From NCBI GenBank assembly GCA_965222075.1, contig OZ244937.1, forward strand, positions 1,408,001-1,472,000: a stretch of 64,000 nt of DNA, in the 5' to 3' direction. The notes under the pieces were generated by a model, which worked only from the letters and a program-made list of their open reading frames with translations, was not told the DNA's origin and ran no database searches. This document shows, in pieces, positions 29,392-40,300 of the stretch. Numbering within the stretch: the stretch's first letter is position 1; each line of letters opens with the position of its first letter. A program made the position numbers and the translations under genes. This DNA comes from Candidatus Latescibacterota bacterium (GTDB taxonomy: Bacteria > Latescibacterota > UBA2968 > GCA-2709665).

Positions 29392-32370
29392 ATGACTGAC
29401 ACCCGCCTTATAGAACGCTGGCTGCCGATTGCGGCTCTTGGAGAAGAGAGTATTCGCGAGCGACGTTCTATGACGGCATTGCCTCCTACCTATTATCTCC
29501 ACGTCTGGTGGGCGCGGCGGCCGCTGGTGGCGTCGCGGGCGGCTGTTCTGGCGTCACTGCTACCCGCGGACGCCGACAGGGATAAGTTTATGCGTGTCCT
29601 TGGGATTCATGGGGACCCGGTTGCCGCCAAGAAACGAATTGCTATTGCAAACCGGAAAGGGGAACGTTTAGGTGCAAACGCCTACGGTTATCCGCGCGCG
29701 TTTGGCTACACTCCGGACAATCGGGACAAGGCTTGGCTGGCCGAGAATTCGATGAACGGAGCTATCGTTGCTGATCCGACAGCTGGTGGTGGCAGTGTGC
29801 CCTTTGAGGCCGTTCGTCTTGGACTTGCAATCTATGCCAACGACCTGAACCCGGTTGCGGCCCTGATCGAACGCGCGACGCTTGACTGGCCCGCCATGCA
29901 TGGCCCCGAAATCAAGGTGGCCGTCGAAGAGTTGGGAAACAAGCTAACAGTGGAAGTCCGTAAGCGCCTCGCTGACGTATTTCCCGATGAACCGGGAAAC
30001 AACGCCCGGCCAGACGGCTACCTCTGGGCACACACCATCTCCTGTCCCTATTGCGACGGCCTTGTGCCGCTTTCGCCCAACTGGCGTCTCGCGCCCGACG
30101 GGACGGGGGTCAGGCTCAAGCCTCACCTGGCTTCCGGCCCCGGGACGCAGGGCCGTGTCTGTTCGTTCGAGATCGTCCAATCCGCCAGGGAACAGTCGAA
30201 TGGCACGGTGGCGCGTGGTGCCGGCACCTGCCCGTATCCCGATTGCGGGCGCGTGATCGACGGCGATGAGATCAAGACGCAGGCCCAGGCCGGCCACATG
30301 GGCGAGCAACTCTACACCGTCGTCTACAAGAAACGGGTGCTCAGCGAGACCAAGACCGGCAAGACCCGCGAGAAGTGGGTTCGCGGCTACCGGGCGCCGC
30401 GTCCCGAGGACGACAACAGCGCCGAAATTCAGGCGAGGCTTGCCGAGAAGCTGCCCGAGTGGGAAGCATTTGATATTATACCAACCGAGAGCTACGATTA
30501 TATGTATAGCGACCGGTCAAAAATCTATGGCGTCAACAAATGGAGCGACCTGTTCTCGCCGCGCCAGCTCCTTTGCCACGGCACGAGCGTCGAGATTTTC
30601 CGTGAAATGCTCGACGCCGACCGGGCGGAGGGAAAGCTGAATGAGATTCGCCAAGCGGCGTACGGGTACTTGGCGCTCTCAATCAATAAGTTACTAAACT
30701 ACAACTCCCGGATGACTCGTTGGATTGTGCCCCGTGAAGTTGTGGCGGGCACATTCGATCGGCACGACTTCGCTTTCAAATGGTCCTATGCTGAAATGGC
30801 CCCCCTCATCGTCGGCCTGGGCTATGACTGGGCCATCAAACAGACTGCCAAGTGCATCGACGAACTCGTCGCGCTGGTTCGCCCCGAAGCGAACGACCCT
30901 GCGGGCGATCTGTTCGACAGCGCCGGCGCGATGGAATACACCCCACCGCCCGTCACCATCACCTGTAAGCCGGGCGACAGCCTCGACCATATCGAGGACG
31001 GCAGCATTGACGCGGTGGTCATGGACCCGCCCTATTACGACAACGTGATGTATGCCGAGCTATCGGACTTCTTCTATGTCTGGCTCAAGCGCACCGCCGG
31101 GCATGTCTTCCCGGAGCTGTTCCGCCGTCACCTGACGGACAAGGACAACGAGGCCGTCGCCAATCCGGCGAGGTTCAAGGGCGAAAAGGGCGCCCGGGCG
31201 CTCGCGGGACGGGAGTATCAGGAGCGGATGGCCTCCATCTTCGCCGAGTGCCGCCGGACGCTGAAGCCCGACGGCATCATGACCTTGATGTTCACCCACA
31301 AGGCGACCGGGGCCTGGGACGCCCTCACCAAAGGACTGATGGAAGCGGGCTTCGCCATCACTGCTTCATGGCCGATCAACACCGAGGCCGAAGGCAGCCT
31401 GCACATCAAGAACAAGGCGGCGGCCAACAGCACCATCTTTCTGGTCTGCCGCCCGCGCCCTCCCCGTGCGGAAGAGAATACACTGAAGGTGCGCGAAGCG
31501 CCGGCGGTCTACGGCGAAGCCACAACCGCGGTTTATTGGGAGGACGTGGAACCGCGGGTCGCCAGGGCGGTGCGAACGCGGGTCCAGGAATTCCAGGCCG
31601 CGGGCATTGCCGGAGTCGATCTGTATCTGGCTTCCTTCGGCCCCGCGTTGGAGGAGTTCTCGCGCCACTGGCCGTTAAAGCGCGGCACGCCGCACGAAAT
31701 CCCGGAGAAGCGTCGGCGGCGGCGCCAGCAGGTCCTGTTCGAGGAAGAATGGGACCCCTACGCCGCCACGCCGGAAGACGCCCTTGACGCGGCCCGGCGC
31801 GAGGTCAAGCGCTGGCGACTGGAGCAACTGACGCATCTGAAGGCCGATGCCGATCTCGATCCGGCCACGGCGTTTCTCGTGCTGGCGTGGGACGCCTTTA
31901 AGGCGCCGAAGTTTTCCTACGACGAAGCGCTGAGGCTCGCCCGCGCCGTCGGTATCGATCTCGATAATGACATCGTCGGCCGGCTCGCGGAGAAGAAAGG
32001 CAGCGATATTATCTTATGGGATAGTTCGCGTCGGGCTACCAGGGGGACACTCGGCCCGGTGGATGGCTCCCGGGGCATGGTCGACGCCATCCACCATGCC
32101 GCCCACATGGCCCGCATACGCTCCCTCGCCGCCGCCCAGGAAATGCTCGCCAACGCGCTGGTAGACCAGGAGCCGCGCTTCTTCGCGGCCCTCGAAGCTG
32201 TGCTCGAGGTTCTGCCGGTGTCCAGGGCCTATACCGGGATCGATCTGGAGGGCGAAACCGCAGACGCTGGCGACGATTTCGAAGCCCTCTACAAACTGGC
32301 CCGCCTCGCATACGGCGACGAGATCGACGAGCCCGAGCAACTCAAGCTCTGGCAGGAAGAAAACGCCTGA
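29392..32370 (+). CDS. DUF1156 adenine-specific DNA methyltransferase
   Basis: LHVWWARRPL, DPTAGGGS (motif I), DPPYY (motif IV), CPYC/CPYPDC Zn motifs. Confidence 0.92.
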   Translation: MTDTRLIERWLPIAALGEESIRERRSMTALPPTYYLHVWWARRPLVASRAAVLASLLPADADRDKFMRVLGIHGDPVAAKKRIAIANRKGERLGANAYGYPRAFGYTPDNRDKAWLAENSMNGAIVADPTAGGGSVPFEAVRLGLAIYANDLNPVAALIERATLDWPAMHGPEIKVAVEELGNKLTVEVRKRLADVFPDEPGNNARPDGYLWAHTISCPYCDGLVPLSPNWRLAPDGTGVRLKPHLASGPGTQGRVCSFEIVQSAREQSNGTVARGAGTCPYPDCGRVIDGDEIKTQAQAGHMGEQLYTVVYKKRVLSETKTGKTREKWVRGYRAPRPEDDNSAEIQARLAEKLPEWEAFDIIPTESYDYMYSDRSKIYGVNKWSDLFSPRQLLCHGTSVEIFREMLDADRAEGKLNEIRQAAYGYLALSINKLLNYNSRMTRWIVPREVVAGTFDRHDFAFKWSYAEMAPLIVGLGYDWAIKQTAKCIDELVALVRPEANDPAGDLFDSAGAMEYTPPPVTITCKPGDSLDHIEDGSIDAVVMDPPYYDNVMYAELSDFFYVWLKRTAGHVFPELFRRHLTDKDNEAVANPARFKGEKGARALAGREYQERMASIFAECRRTLKPDGIMTLMFTHKATGAWDALTKGLMEAGFAITASWPINTEAEGSLHIKNKAAANSTIFLVCRPRPPRAEENTLKVREAPAVYGEATTAVYWEDVEPRVARAVRTRVQEFQAAGIAGVDLYLASFGPALEEFSRHWPLKRGTPHEIPEKRRRRRQQVLFEEEWDPYAATPEDALDAARREVKRWRLEQLTHLKADADLDPATAFLVLAWDAFKAPKFSYDEALRLARAVGIDLDNDIVGRLAEKKGSDIILWDSSRRATRGTLGPVDGSRGMVDAIHHAAHMARIRSLAAAQEMLANALVDQEPRFFAALEAVLEVLPVSRAYTGIDLEGETADAGDDFEALYKLARLAYGDEIDEPEQLKLWQEENA

Positions 32371-32372
32371 CC

Positions 32373-35300
32373 ATGCTCTGCGATCGCACATGGAAGCTCA
32401 AATACACGCCTGATAACGGCGATCTCGTCAAGCTGTTCTACGTCCCCGCGCTGGAGGACGCCGAGCGCTACGACCGGCTGACCGGATACTTCAATGCCCG
32501 CGCCCTGACGCTGGCGTCACGCGGCATTGAGGGGCTGGTCCGAAACGGCGGCCGCATGCGGCTCGTGGCCGGCTGCACCCTGGCCCCGCCTGAGATCGAA
32601 GCGATCGAAAAAGGCGAGCAACTCCGCGACCTCGTCGAACGGCATTTGACAAACCTCCCCCCGGCTCCACCGGACCCGGCATCATCCGATGCGCTGGAAC
32701 TGCTGGCCTGGATGGTCGCGCGCGGCCATCTGGATGTGAAGGTCGCCGTCCCCTGCGACGCCAATAGCAAGCCGATCCCGGCGGACGGCATCTTTCACGA
32801 GAAAGCCGGCATCATCGAGGACCGCGGCGGTGACAAGATCGCCTGGAACGGCAGCCTCAACGAGACGGCTGCCGGCTGGCGGCACAACTGGGAGAGTATC
32901 AACGTCTACACGAGCTGGGGGCCGGAACCCGGACGGGTCGCGGATGAGGAGGCCAACTTCGCACGCATCTGGGCCAACAAGGCGCGCCGCGTGGTCGTGC
33001 TCGACGTGCCCGATGCCGTGCGCCAAGACCTGATGCGCTTCATGCCGGCAAATGACATGCCCGCCCGCCTCAAAGAGCTTGAAAAAAAGCCCGCGAAGCC
33101 TTCTCCGGAGCCGGAGGCGAAGGAATCCGCAAAGCCAGCGGAAATCCCACCCGACGACCTGAGAAGCCGCGTCTGGTCTTTTATCCAACATGCACCCTCA
33201 CTGCCTGGGGGCGAGCGCGTAGGCGAAGCAACTTCGGCTATTACCCCCTGGCCGCACCAGGTAAGGGCTTTTGAACGCCTCTACCGCGATTGGCCGCCCA
33301 GGCTTCTGATCGCCGACGAGGTCGGCCTCGGCAAGACCATCCAGGCGGGCATGCTGCTGCGCCAGGCCTGGCTTGCCGGACGCGCCAAACGGATCCTGAT
33401 CCTGGCGCCCAAGGCCGTCCTCGGACAATGGCAGGTCGAACTGCGCGAGAAGTTCAACCTGAATTGGCCGATCTACGACGGCCGCAAGCTGGTCTGGTAT
33501 GATTCCCCAGCGTGGCGTGGGCGGAACGAGCGCGATGTCGACCGCGATCACTGGCATCGCGAACCCGTGGTGATCGCGTCGAGTCACCTGATGCGCCGTC
33601 GCGACCGCGCAGCGGCGCTTCTGGAAGCCGAACCCTGGGATCTGGTGGTGCTCGACGAAGCCCACCATGCCCGGCGCCGAGCCGCGGGAAGCCAGCAGGA
33701 GGGCGGGCCGAACGCGCTTCTCCGGCTGATGCAGGGATTGAAGGACCGCGCCCGGGGACTGGTTCTGCTAACGGCGACGCCGATGCAGGTTCATCCTATC
33801 GAAGTTTGGGACTTGTTGAACCTGCTCGGCCTGCCGCCGGAGTGGACCGCCAGGGCGTTTCTGGACTTTTTCGACGACATTGAGCAGCCGAACCCGTCAT
33901 CGGAGGCGTTGGACCACATGGCACAGCTGTTTCAGTCGGTCGAACGCGCCTACGGTGAAACCAAAACGGAGGCCGTGCAACACCTCGCCGACCTGTCGCG
34001 CCTGAAGGTCAACAAGATTCTCCGCGCGCTACGTAACGACGCCAGCATCCCACGCCGTCAGCTGGAAACGACGGAGCGCCGGACGGCGGTCAAGATCATG
34101 CGGGCGAACACACCGCTCCGCAGGCTGGTCTCACGGCACACCCGCGAACTGCTGCGCCGCTACTTCAAGGCGGGAACGTTGACCACACGGATCGCCGAGC
34201 GCCGGGTCGAGGATCGCTTCCTCGAGATGACGGCCCAGGAGCGGGCGCTCTATGACGCGGTCGAGGATTACATCGCCAGCACCTACAACCAGGCCAGCGC
34301 CAACGAGCGCACGGCGGTAGGATTCGTCATGACCATCTACCGCCGCCGACTCGCCAGCAGTTTTAACGCCCTGCGCAAGACGCTTCAACGCCATCTCACC
34401 GCCATTGCCGCCGGCAACCCGGCGCAATTGACAGGGGTGGACGAAGACGTTTCGGACGATGAAGCCGTCGACGAAATTCCGGACGCAGAGGAGGTAGAAA
34501 AGCTGGAGCGCGAGGCGCTTGCCGCTGAGGAGGAGGCCGACATCCAAAGTCTCCTTGCCCGTATCGGCCAACTGCCGCCCGACAGCAAGCTCGAAAGCCT
34601 GAAGAGCACCCTCGCCGAGCTTCGCCACGACGGCTATCGCCAGGCGATGGTCTTCACCCAGTACACCGACACCATGGATTTTCTGCGTGAAGCGCTCCTG
34701 AAGGACGCCGATTCGAGGTTGATGTGCTTCTCGGGACGCGGTGGAGAAATACCCTCCGCCGACGGCTCCTGGCGTCGGGTCGGCCGCGACGATGCCAAAC
34801 GGCGGTTCCGCAAATTCGAGGCCGACGTTCTGATGTGCACCGACGCCGCGGCCGAGGGCCTGAACTTCCAGTTCTGCGGCGCCCTGATCAACTACGACAT
34901 GCCGTGGAACCCCATGCGGGTGGAACAGCGCATCGGCCGCATTGACCGGCTCGGCCAGCAGCATGAGATCATTCGGATCGTCAATCTGCACTACGAGGGC
35001 ACGGTCGAAACCGACGTTTACCGGGCACTCAGAAACCGCATCGGCCTGTTCGAGTCCGTGGTCGGCCGCTTACAGCCGATTCTGGCGCAATTGCCACGGA
35101 CGATCTCGCAGACGGTGCTGTCGGGCGAGGACCGGGATGCCCTGGGACGCGCTAATGTCGTGGACGCAATCGAGCAACAGGCACGGGAAGCCGCGGGACG
35201 GGGTTTCGATATCGATGTGGTGACGGACGAAGAACTCGCCATGCCGGTGCGTGCGCCGTCGTCTGTCACCATGGAGGATCTCGACAGAGTGATCGGATCA

Positions 35301-35540
35301 TCGGACATGATGCCGCCGGAGACCGATATCCAGCTCATGGGACATCGGGAATACGGCCTGTTGGCCCCCGGCATGACCGAGCGCTTGCGCGTGACCACTA
35401 ACCCGGAGTATTTCGAAGAAAACGCCGAAAGCCTGGAACTGTGGTCCCCCGGCAATCCCCTGTTTACCCCTCCGGAGTTCACAACACGGGCGGGCAAACC
35501 GCCAGCCGACAAGACGTTGAAGGATATCCTGGACGGCTGA
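32373..35540 (+). CDS. PLD-nuclease / SNF2 helicase fusion (restriction-like system)
   Basis: HEK...GSLNET PLD motif; ADEVGLGKT, DEAHH, TATP, EGLN, WNPMRVEQRIGRIDR. Confidence 0.92.
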   Translation: MLCDRTWKLKYTPDNGDLVKLFYVPALEDAERYDRLTGYFNARALTLASRGIEGLVRNGGRMRLVAGCTLAPPEIEAIEKGEQLRDLVERHLTNLPPAPPDPASSDALELLAWMVARGHLDVKVAVPCDANSKPIPADGIFHEKAGIIEDRGGDKIAWNGSLNETAAGWRHNWESINVYTSWGPEPGRVADEEANFARIWANKARRVVVLDVPDAVRQDLMRFMPANDMPARLKELEKKPAKPSPEPEAKESAKPAEIPPDDLRSRVWSFIQHAPSLPGGERVGEATSAITPWPHQVRAFERLYRDWPPRLLIADEVGLGKTIQAGMLLRQAWLAGRAKRILILAPKAVLGQWQVELREKFNLNWPIYDGRKLVWYDSPAWRGRNERDVDRDHWHREPVVIASSHLMRRRDRAAALLEAEPWDLVVLDEAHHARRRAAGSQQEGGPNALLRLMQGLKDRARGLVLLTATPMQVHPIEVWDLLNLLGLPPEWTARAFLDFFDDIEQPNPSSEALDHMAQLFQSVERAYGETKTEAVQHLADLSRLKVNKILRALRNDASIPRRQLETTERRTAVKIMRANTPLRRLVSRHTRELLRRYFKAGTLTTRIAERRVEDRFLEMTAQERALYDAVEDYIASTYNQASANERTAVGFVMTIYRRRLASSFNALRKTLQRHLTAIAAGNPAQLTGVDEDVSDDEAVDEIPDAEEVEKLEREALAAEEEADIQSLLARIGQLPPDSKLESLKSTLAELRHDGYRQAMVFTQYTDTMDFLREALLKDADSRLMCFSGRGGEIPSADGSWRRVGRDDAKRRFRKFEADVLMCTDAAAEGLNFQFCGALINYDMPWNPMRVEQRIGRIDRLGQQHEIIRIVNLHYEGTVETDVYRALRNRIGLFESVVGRLQPILAQLPRTISQTVLSGEDRDALGRANVVDAIEQQAREAAGRGFDIDVVTDEELAMPVRAPSSVTMEDLDRVIGSSDMMPPETDIQLMGHREYGLLAPGMTERLRVTTNPEYFEENAESLELWSPGNPLFTPPEFTTRAGKPPADKTLKDILDG

Positions 35541-35589
35541 TGCACGGGCCGTCAGGTACGCCTGAAACAACAAAACGAGGAAATCCTGC

Positions 35590-35715
35590 TCTGCGTTGAA
35601 CCTGACCGCAGAAGTCCCGCCCCTTGTTGATTTTGAGCTGGGGTTCGACGGCTTGACGCACAATCCCAAAAGTCGGCGGTTCAAGCTGGCGGTTGCCTAT
35701 CAACTCAGGCGTTAA
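35590..35715 (+). pseudogene. 3' remnant of a TonB-dependent receptor paralog
   Basis: ALNLTAEVPPLVDFELGFDGLTHNPKSRRFKLAVAYQLRR* versus GMNLLDTMPPLVNIEQAYDGFTHDPKGRRFKLAVRYQLGR* at the end of 37363-40539. Confidence 0.85.
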
Positions 35716-35733
35716 TGGAAGGAAAATGTTTAA

Positions 35734-37290
35734 ATGTGTGTAGAAGGAAAACAACCACAACTGCCGGATGACAAGGAGTACCGCAAGCTATTCGGTTTGG
35801 ATATCTACCTGACACCGGTGTTCGTGATTTCCAGTATCACCATTGTCGCCTTTGTCATTGGGGCACTTGTCTTCCAGGAAGCTGCGACGGAAGTTTTCAA
35901 AAATATCCGCGGGTGGCTTACGACAAACCTCGATTGGTTCTTTATGAGTGCTGCCAATCTCGTCTTGCTCTTTTGTCTGTATGTGGCTCTATCGCCCCTC
36001 GGCAAGGTGCGCCTGGGGGGCACGGACGCAAAACCCGAATACTCCAATTTAACCTGGCTTGCCATGCTCTTTGCAGCAGGTGTGGGCATAGGTCTGCTGT
36101 TTTTCGGGGTGGCGGAGCCGGTCTACTACTTTCAGAAGCCGCCGCTCGGCATTACCCCCAAAACAGAGGAGGCCGCTATCGTCGGCATCGCGGCGACGGT
36201 CTTCCACTGGGGGCTGCATGGTTGGGCAATCTACGGAGTCGTTGGACTCGCCCTCGGGTTTTTCGCGTACAACAAGGGATTGCCTCTCACCATCCGATCG
36301 GCGTTCTACCCCTTGTTTGGCGACCGCGTCTGGGGCTGGCCCGGACACATCATTGACACGTTCGCCATATTCGCAGGATTGTTTGGGCTTGCGACCTCCC
36401 TCGGTTTGGGGGTTCAACAGGTGACATCCGGGTTCAACTATCTGTTTGATATCCCTGCGAACAACACCACCATGGTGGTGCTGATTGTGGTGATCACGTC
36501 CATCGCGCTGACATCGGTGCTGACGGGTATTAATGTCGGTATCAAGCGTCTTAGCCAGTTCAACATGATTCTCGCGTTTTTGTTGCTATTGGCTGTTATC
36601 ATACTCGGTCCGACGCTCTACATTTTCAACAGTATATTCGCTGTGCTCGGTAGCTATCTCGCGAAGATTGTACCACTCAGCAACTGGATCGGGCGGGAAG
36701 ACACCGGCTTCCTGCACAACTGGACCACGTTCTACTGGGCGTGGTGGTTTGCCTGGGCGCCGTTCGTCGGCACGTTCATCGCCCGCGTTTCAAAGGGGCG
36801 CACCGTTCGCGAATTCATAATCTTCGTGCTCCTGGTGCCGACGCTTTTATGTTTACTGTGGTTTGGTACCTTTGGCAGCACTGCGTTCTACCAGCACATC
36901 GTTGAGGGCTATACCGGTGTAACCCAGAATGTTGAGGCCTGGAAGCTTGAAATTGTATTGTTTAAAATGTTTGACAAACTCCCCATGACGACATTACTTT
37001 CATCTGTTGCGATGCTTCTGACTATCGTATTTTTCGTTACCTCGTCAGACTCCGGATCGTTGATTATCGACACCATTGCAGCCGGCGGCAAGGTTGACGC
37101 CCCAGTAGCACAACGTATTTTCTGGTGTACGATTGAGGGGGTAGTCGCTATAGCGCTCCTGCTTGGTGGAGGATTAAATGCGTTGCAGGCTGCCTCGCTC
37201 GCAACCGGCTTCCCGTTCGCCATTGTCCTCCTGGGAATGGCAGTCTGCGTCTGGATGGGACTTCGTAGCGAAACGCGTAAATCGCACTGA
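35734..37290 (+). CDS. BCCT family (betaine/carnitine/choline) transporter
   Basis: WLAMLFAAGVGIG, HWGLHGW, WTTFYWAWW, FFVTSSDSG; start uncertain. Confidence 0.93.
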   Translation: MCVEGKQPQLPDDKEYRKLFGLDIYLTPVFVISSITIVAFVIGALVFQEAATEVFKNIRGWLTTNLDWFFMSAANLVLLFCLYVALSPLGKVRLGGTDAKPEYSNLTWLAMLFAAGVGIGLLFFGVAEPVYYFQKPPLGITPKTEEAAIVGIAATVFHWGLHGWAIYGVVGLALGFFAYNKGLPLTIRSAFYPLFGDRVWGWPGHIIDTFAIFAGLFGLATSLGLGVQQVTSGFNYLFDIPANNTTMVVLIVVITSIALTSVLTGINVGIKRLSQFNMILAFLLLLAVIILGPTLYIFNSIFAVLGSYLAKIVPLSNWIGREDTGFLHNWTTFYWAWWFAWAPFVGTFIARVSKGRTVREFIIFVLLVPTLLCLLWFGTFGSTAFYQHIVEGYTGVTQNVEAWKLEIVLFKMFDKLPMTTLLSSVAMLLTIVFFVTSSDSGSLIIDTIAAGGKVDAPVAQRIFWCTIEGVVAIALLLGGGLNALQAASLATGFPFAIVLLGMAVCVWMGLRSETRKSH

Positions 37291-37362
37291 TGAGAATATC
37301 AGGCAGGCGGATATGGAAGCTGTCTCTGCGGTACAGGTGAAACAACAAAACAAGGAGGTCCT

Positions 37363-40300
37363 ATGAAGTTCCGGAGCAGGTATATTCCGATTGTGGTATG
37401 CGCGGCATTGCTTTTCAGCGCGGATGCGGTTCGGGCACAATCTGCTGGAACCGTCACCGGTACTGTGGTCGATGCTGAAAATGGAGACAAATTGGAAGTG
37501 GTGCAGGTCTATATTTTAGCCCTGAATCTGGGCGTGGTGTCGGACGCACAAGGCCGCTTTACCATCCACAATGTGCCGCCTGGCGCGCACAAACTGAGGG
37601 CCGACCTGATCGGCTATGCGAGCGTGGAGATTGCGGTCACTGTGGCTGCCGGGCAGACGGTCTCCATCGCGTTGCAGATGCATCCCACCGCGCTTTACCT
37701 GGATGAACTGGTGGTGACCGGCACGGCCTTCAAAGAATCCCCCATCAACTTGCCCTATGCGGTCGCCGTGGTCGGGCGGAAAAAGATGGAAGAACAGGGG
37801 TCTCCGCAGGCCGTTGATTTCTTCAAGAACCTGGGCGCGAGCCACGGCGTGATCGGCGAGCGGAGCAGCTGGTACAACGCCGGCCAGGCCGCCACCCTTA
37901 CGGAGAGCATCGCCAACGTCAACCTGCGCGGCCTGGGGGCCTCGCGCACCCTGGTGTTGATCAACAGCCGCCGCCAGACCTATGTCCCGGCACGCTTGAT
38001 CGGTGGGCGATTCGTCGATGTCAATGTCATCCCCGCCATCGCCATTGACCGGGTCGAAGTGCTCAAAGAGGGGGCCTCGGCCATCTATGGGTCGGATGCG
38101 GTGGCCGGCGTGGCCAATTTCTTGACCCGCGCCGACTTTACGGGCTTTGAAGTCTCGGCGGCCCACGACCATTTCGCCGGGGCCGGCGATACCAACGCCG
38201 GCGCGATATGGGGTGGGAAACTCGGCAAGGCCCATGCGGTTATTTCTGCGGAATGGAGGGGACGGCAAAAGTTGCCGGCCTCCGAAAGGGACTACCTGCT
38301 CCAGCCGTGGTACGGTAGCGGGCAGCGCCTCGGATGGTCGAGCCTGGGCAACCCGGGCACCTTCGCCATCGGAGCGCCCGCTCCATGGACCGCCGCCATC
38401 CACGCCCCGCACTGCGAGGAATTCGGCGGCTACCGGGAATCCTGGACCTGCCGCTTCCGCTATCAGCAGTATGAGAATCTGATCGAGGACATGAGCCATA
38501 CCCGTGCTTTTGCCGAGATCAACGGTTCTCTGGACAATGGCACCGATTATCACGTCGAAGGCCTGTGGGCCGAGGCCAGGATTGACGATTGGTACACGAC
38601 CCCTTCGTACCCTCCCTTCCCCCTGACAGACACGAGTATCCAGGAGGTCGCGCCCAACCACCCGGGCAGGCAGGCGTTCTGCGACGACTACGGCGCTGGG
38701 CCCGGCGACCCATACTACGAGGCATGCCAGGGCAGCGAGAACTGGTATTTCAACGGCCGCCCGTTTGGCAACTCGGGCCCCGGGCGCACGCTGGACCGCG
38801 ACTCCCGCACGTGGCGCGTGGCGGCTTCCGCGAATGGCGACTTTAAGGCATTCGGCGGGCAGGACGCTCATTTTGACCTGGGTATGTCCTATTCCCGCAC
38901 CGAGGGCAACTACAACCTGCCGGGGGTGTACATCGAGCGGATATTCCTTGGCTTCCGCGGTTTTGGGGGGCCAAATTGCGGCGTTGGCGTGGAGGCGGAT
39001 CCCACGTCCCTTGCCGGGATGCGGCTCGGCGCGCTCAACGGCCAGGTGGCAGGTCAGGGCAACTGCCAGTACTACAACCCCTTCGGCAATGCCATCGAGT
39101 TCACGGATCAACATGGCTCGAAGTATGCAACCCAGGCGAATCCCACTTACCGCGCCAACCTTGCCAACAGCCCCCAATTGCGGCAATGGCTCAATCAGGA
39201 AGTCGATCTACAGAGCACCGCGGATATGCTGGTCGCCGATGCGACGCTGACCGGAACGTGGATCGAGGACGTCGCCAGTTACGCGGCCGGCTACCAGTTC
39301 CGTCTGTTCAATGCCAGCGGCGATCCCAACGACGCCGGTGACGTGACCATCAACCCCTGTCCGGTTGTGGGCGATAAGAATTGCTCAGAGGAAGATAAGT
39401 TTGGTCCCTATGCGTTTACGAATGTGAATCGGCCTTATGATGAATCTCAGACGGTGCATCGCTTCTTTGCCGAGATTCCCCTGAGCCTGGGAGAGCGCGT
39501 TGATGCGCAACTCGCCGCGAACTACGAGTTCCACGACGTGGCGAGCAGTTTCGATCCCAAGTTCGGCTGGCGCGCGCAACTTTCGCAATCCCCGACCCAC
39601 TCCCTGTTCATGCGCGGCTCGGTGCAGACGACGTTTCGCACGCCAGCGCTGGACGATGTGAATGAAAGCCCGCTTTCGACGCTCGAGTGGATCAATGAGA
39701 CGGGCGCCTATCAAACGGTGGACCGAATCGGGAGCAAGGACCTCAAACCCGAACAGGCTTTTACCTATAATGCGGGCCTCGTCCTGGTCACAGAGACGGG
39801 CTTTGATGCGACGTTCGACTACTGGAGCTACGATTTCAGCGATGTCATCGGCTCCATGCCGCACGGGGAAATTACTAAATTATATGCCGATGGAGCGAAT
39901 AAGGAGGCCCTGAAGCAATTCATTGTCTGCCCGGACGGGGTAGGCACGGGCACATGCGCGGCCTCAGAACTCGAGCGGGTGCGAGTTGATATCGTCAATT
40001 GGCCAGGGGTCAAGACCTCGGGGATTGATTTGCATCTGGGCACGCGGGCGCAGGCGGGATCGGGGCAATTCGAGGCCAGTCTGGACGGCACCTATACGCT
40101 GGCGTACAAGACCAAGGCCCTGACGCTCGGCAGCCTGGTGCTCCAGAAAGCGGCGGACGCTGCCGGCTACTTGAATTTTGGAAATCCCATTGCAACCTCG
40201 CTTCCCAAGTTCAAGGGCCGGGTATCGGCGGGCTATCACTGGAAAACCCACAGCCTCGTGAGCTTCCTGAACTACATTTCGTCTTACGAGGACCGGGGGT

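Noticed and set aside
20837-29520. Repeated MxDTRLIERW DNA as a CRISPR array or integron attC sites
   Set aside because: Repeats are kilobases apart, variable in length, non-palindromic and match protein-coding fragments; no cas or intI gene
13540-35730. Island as a prophage, ICE or transposon
   Set aside because: No integrase, transposase, relaxase or phage genes, and no flanking direct repeats found by eye
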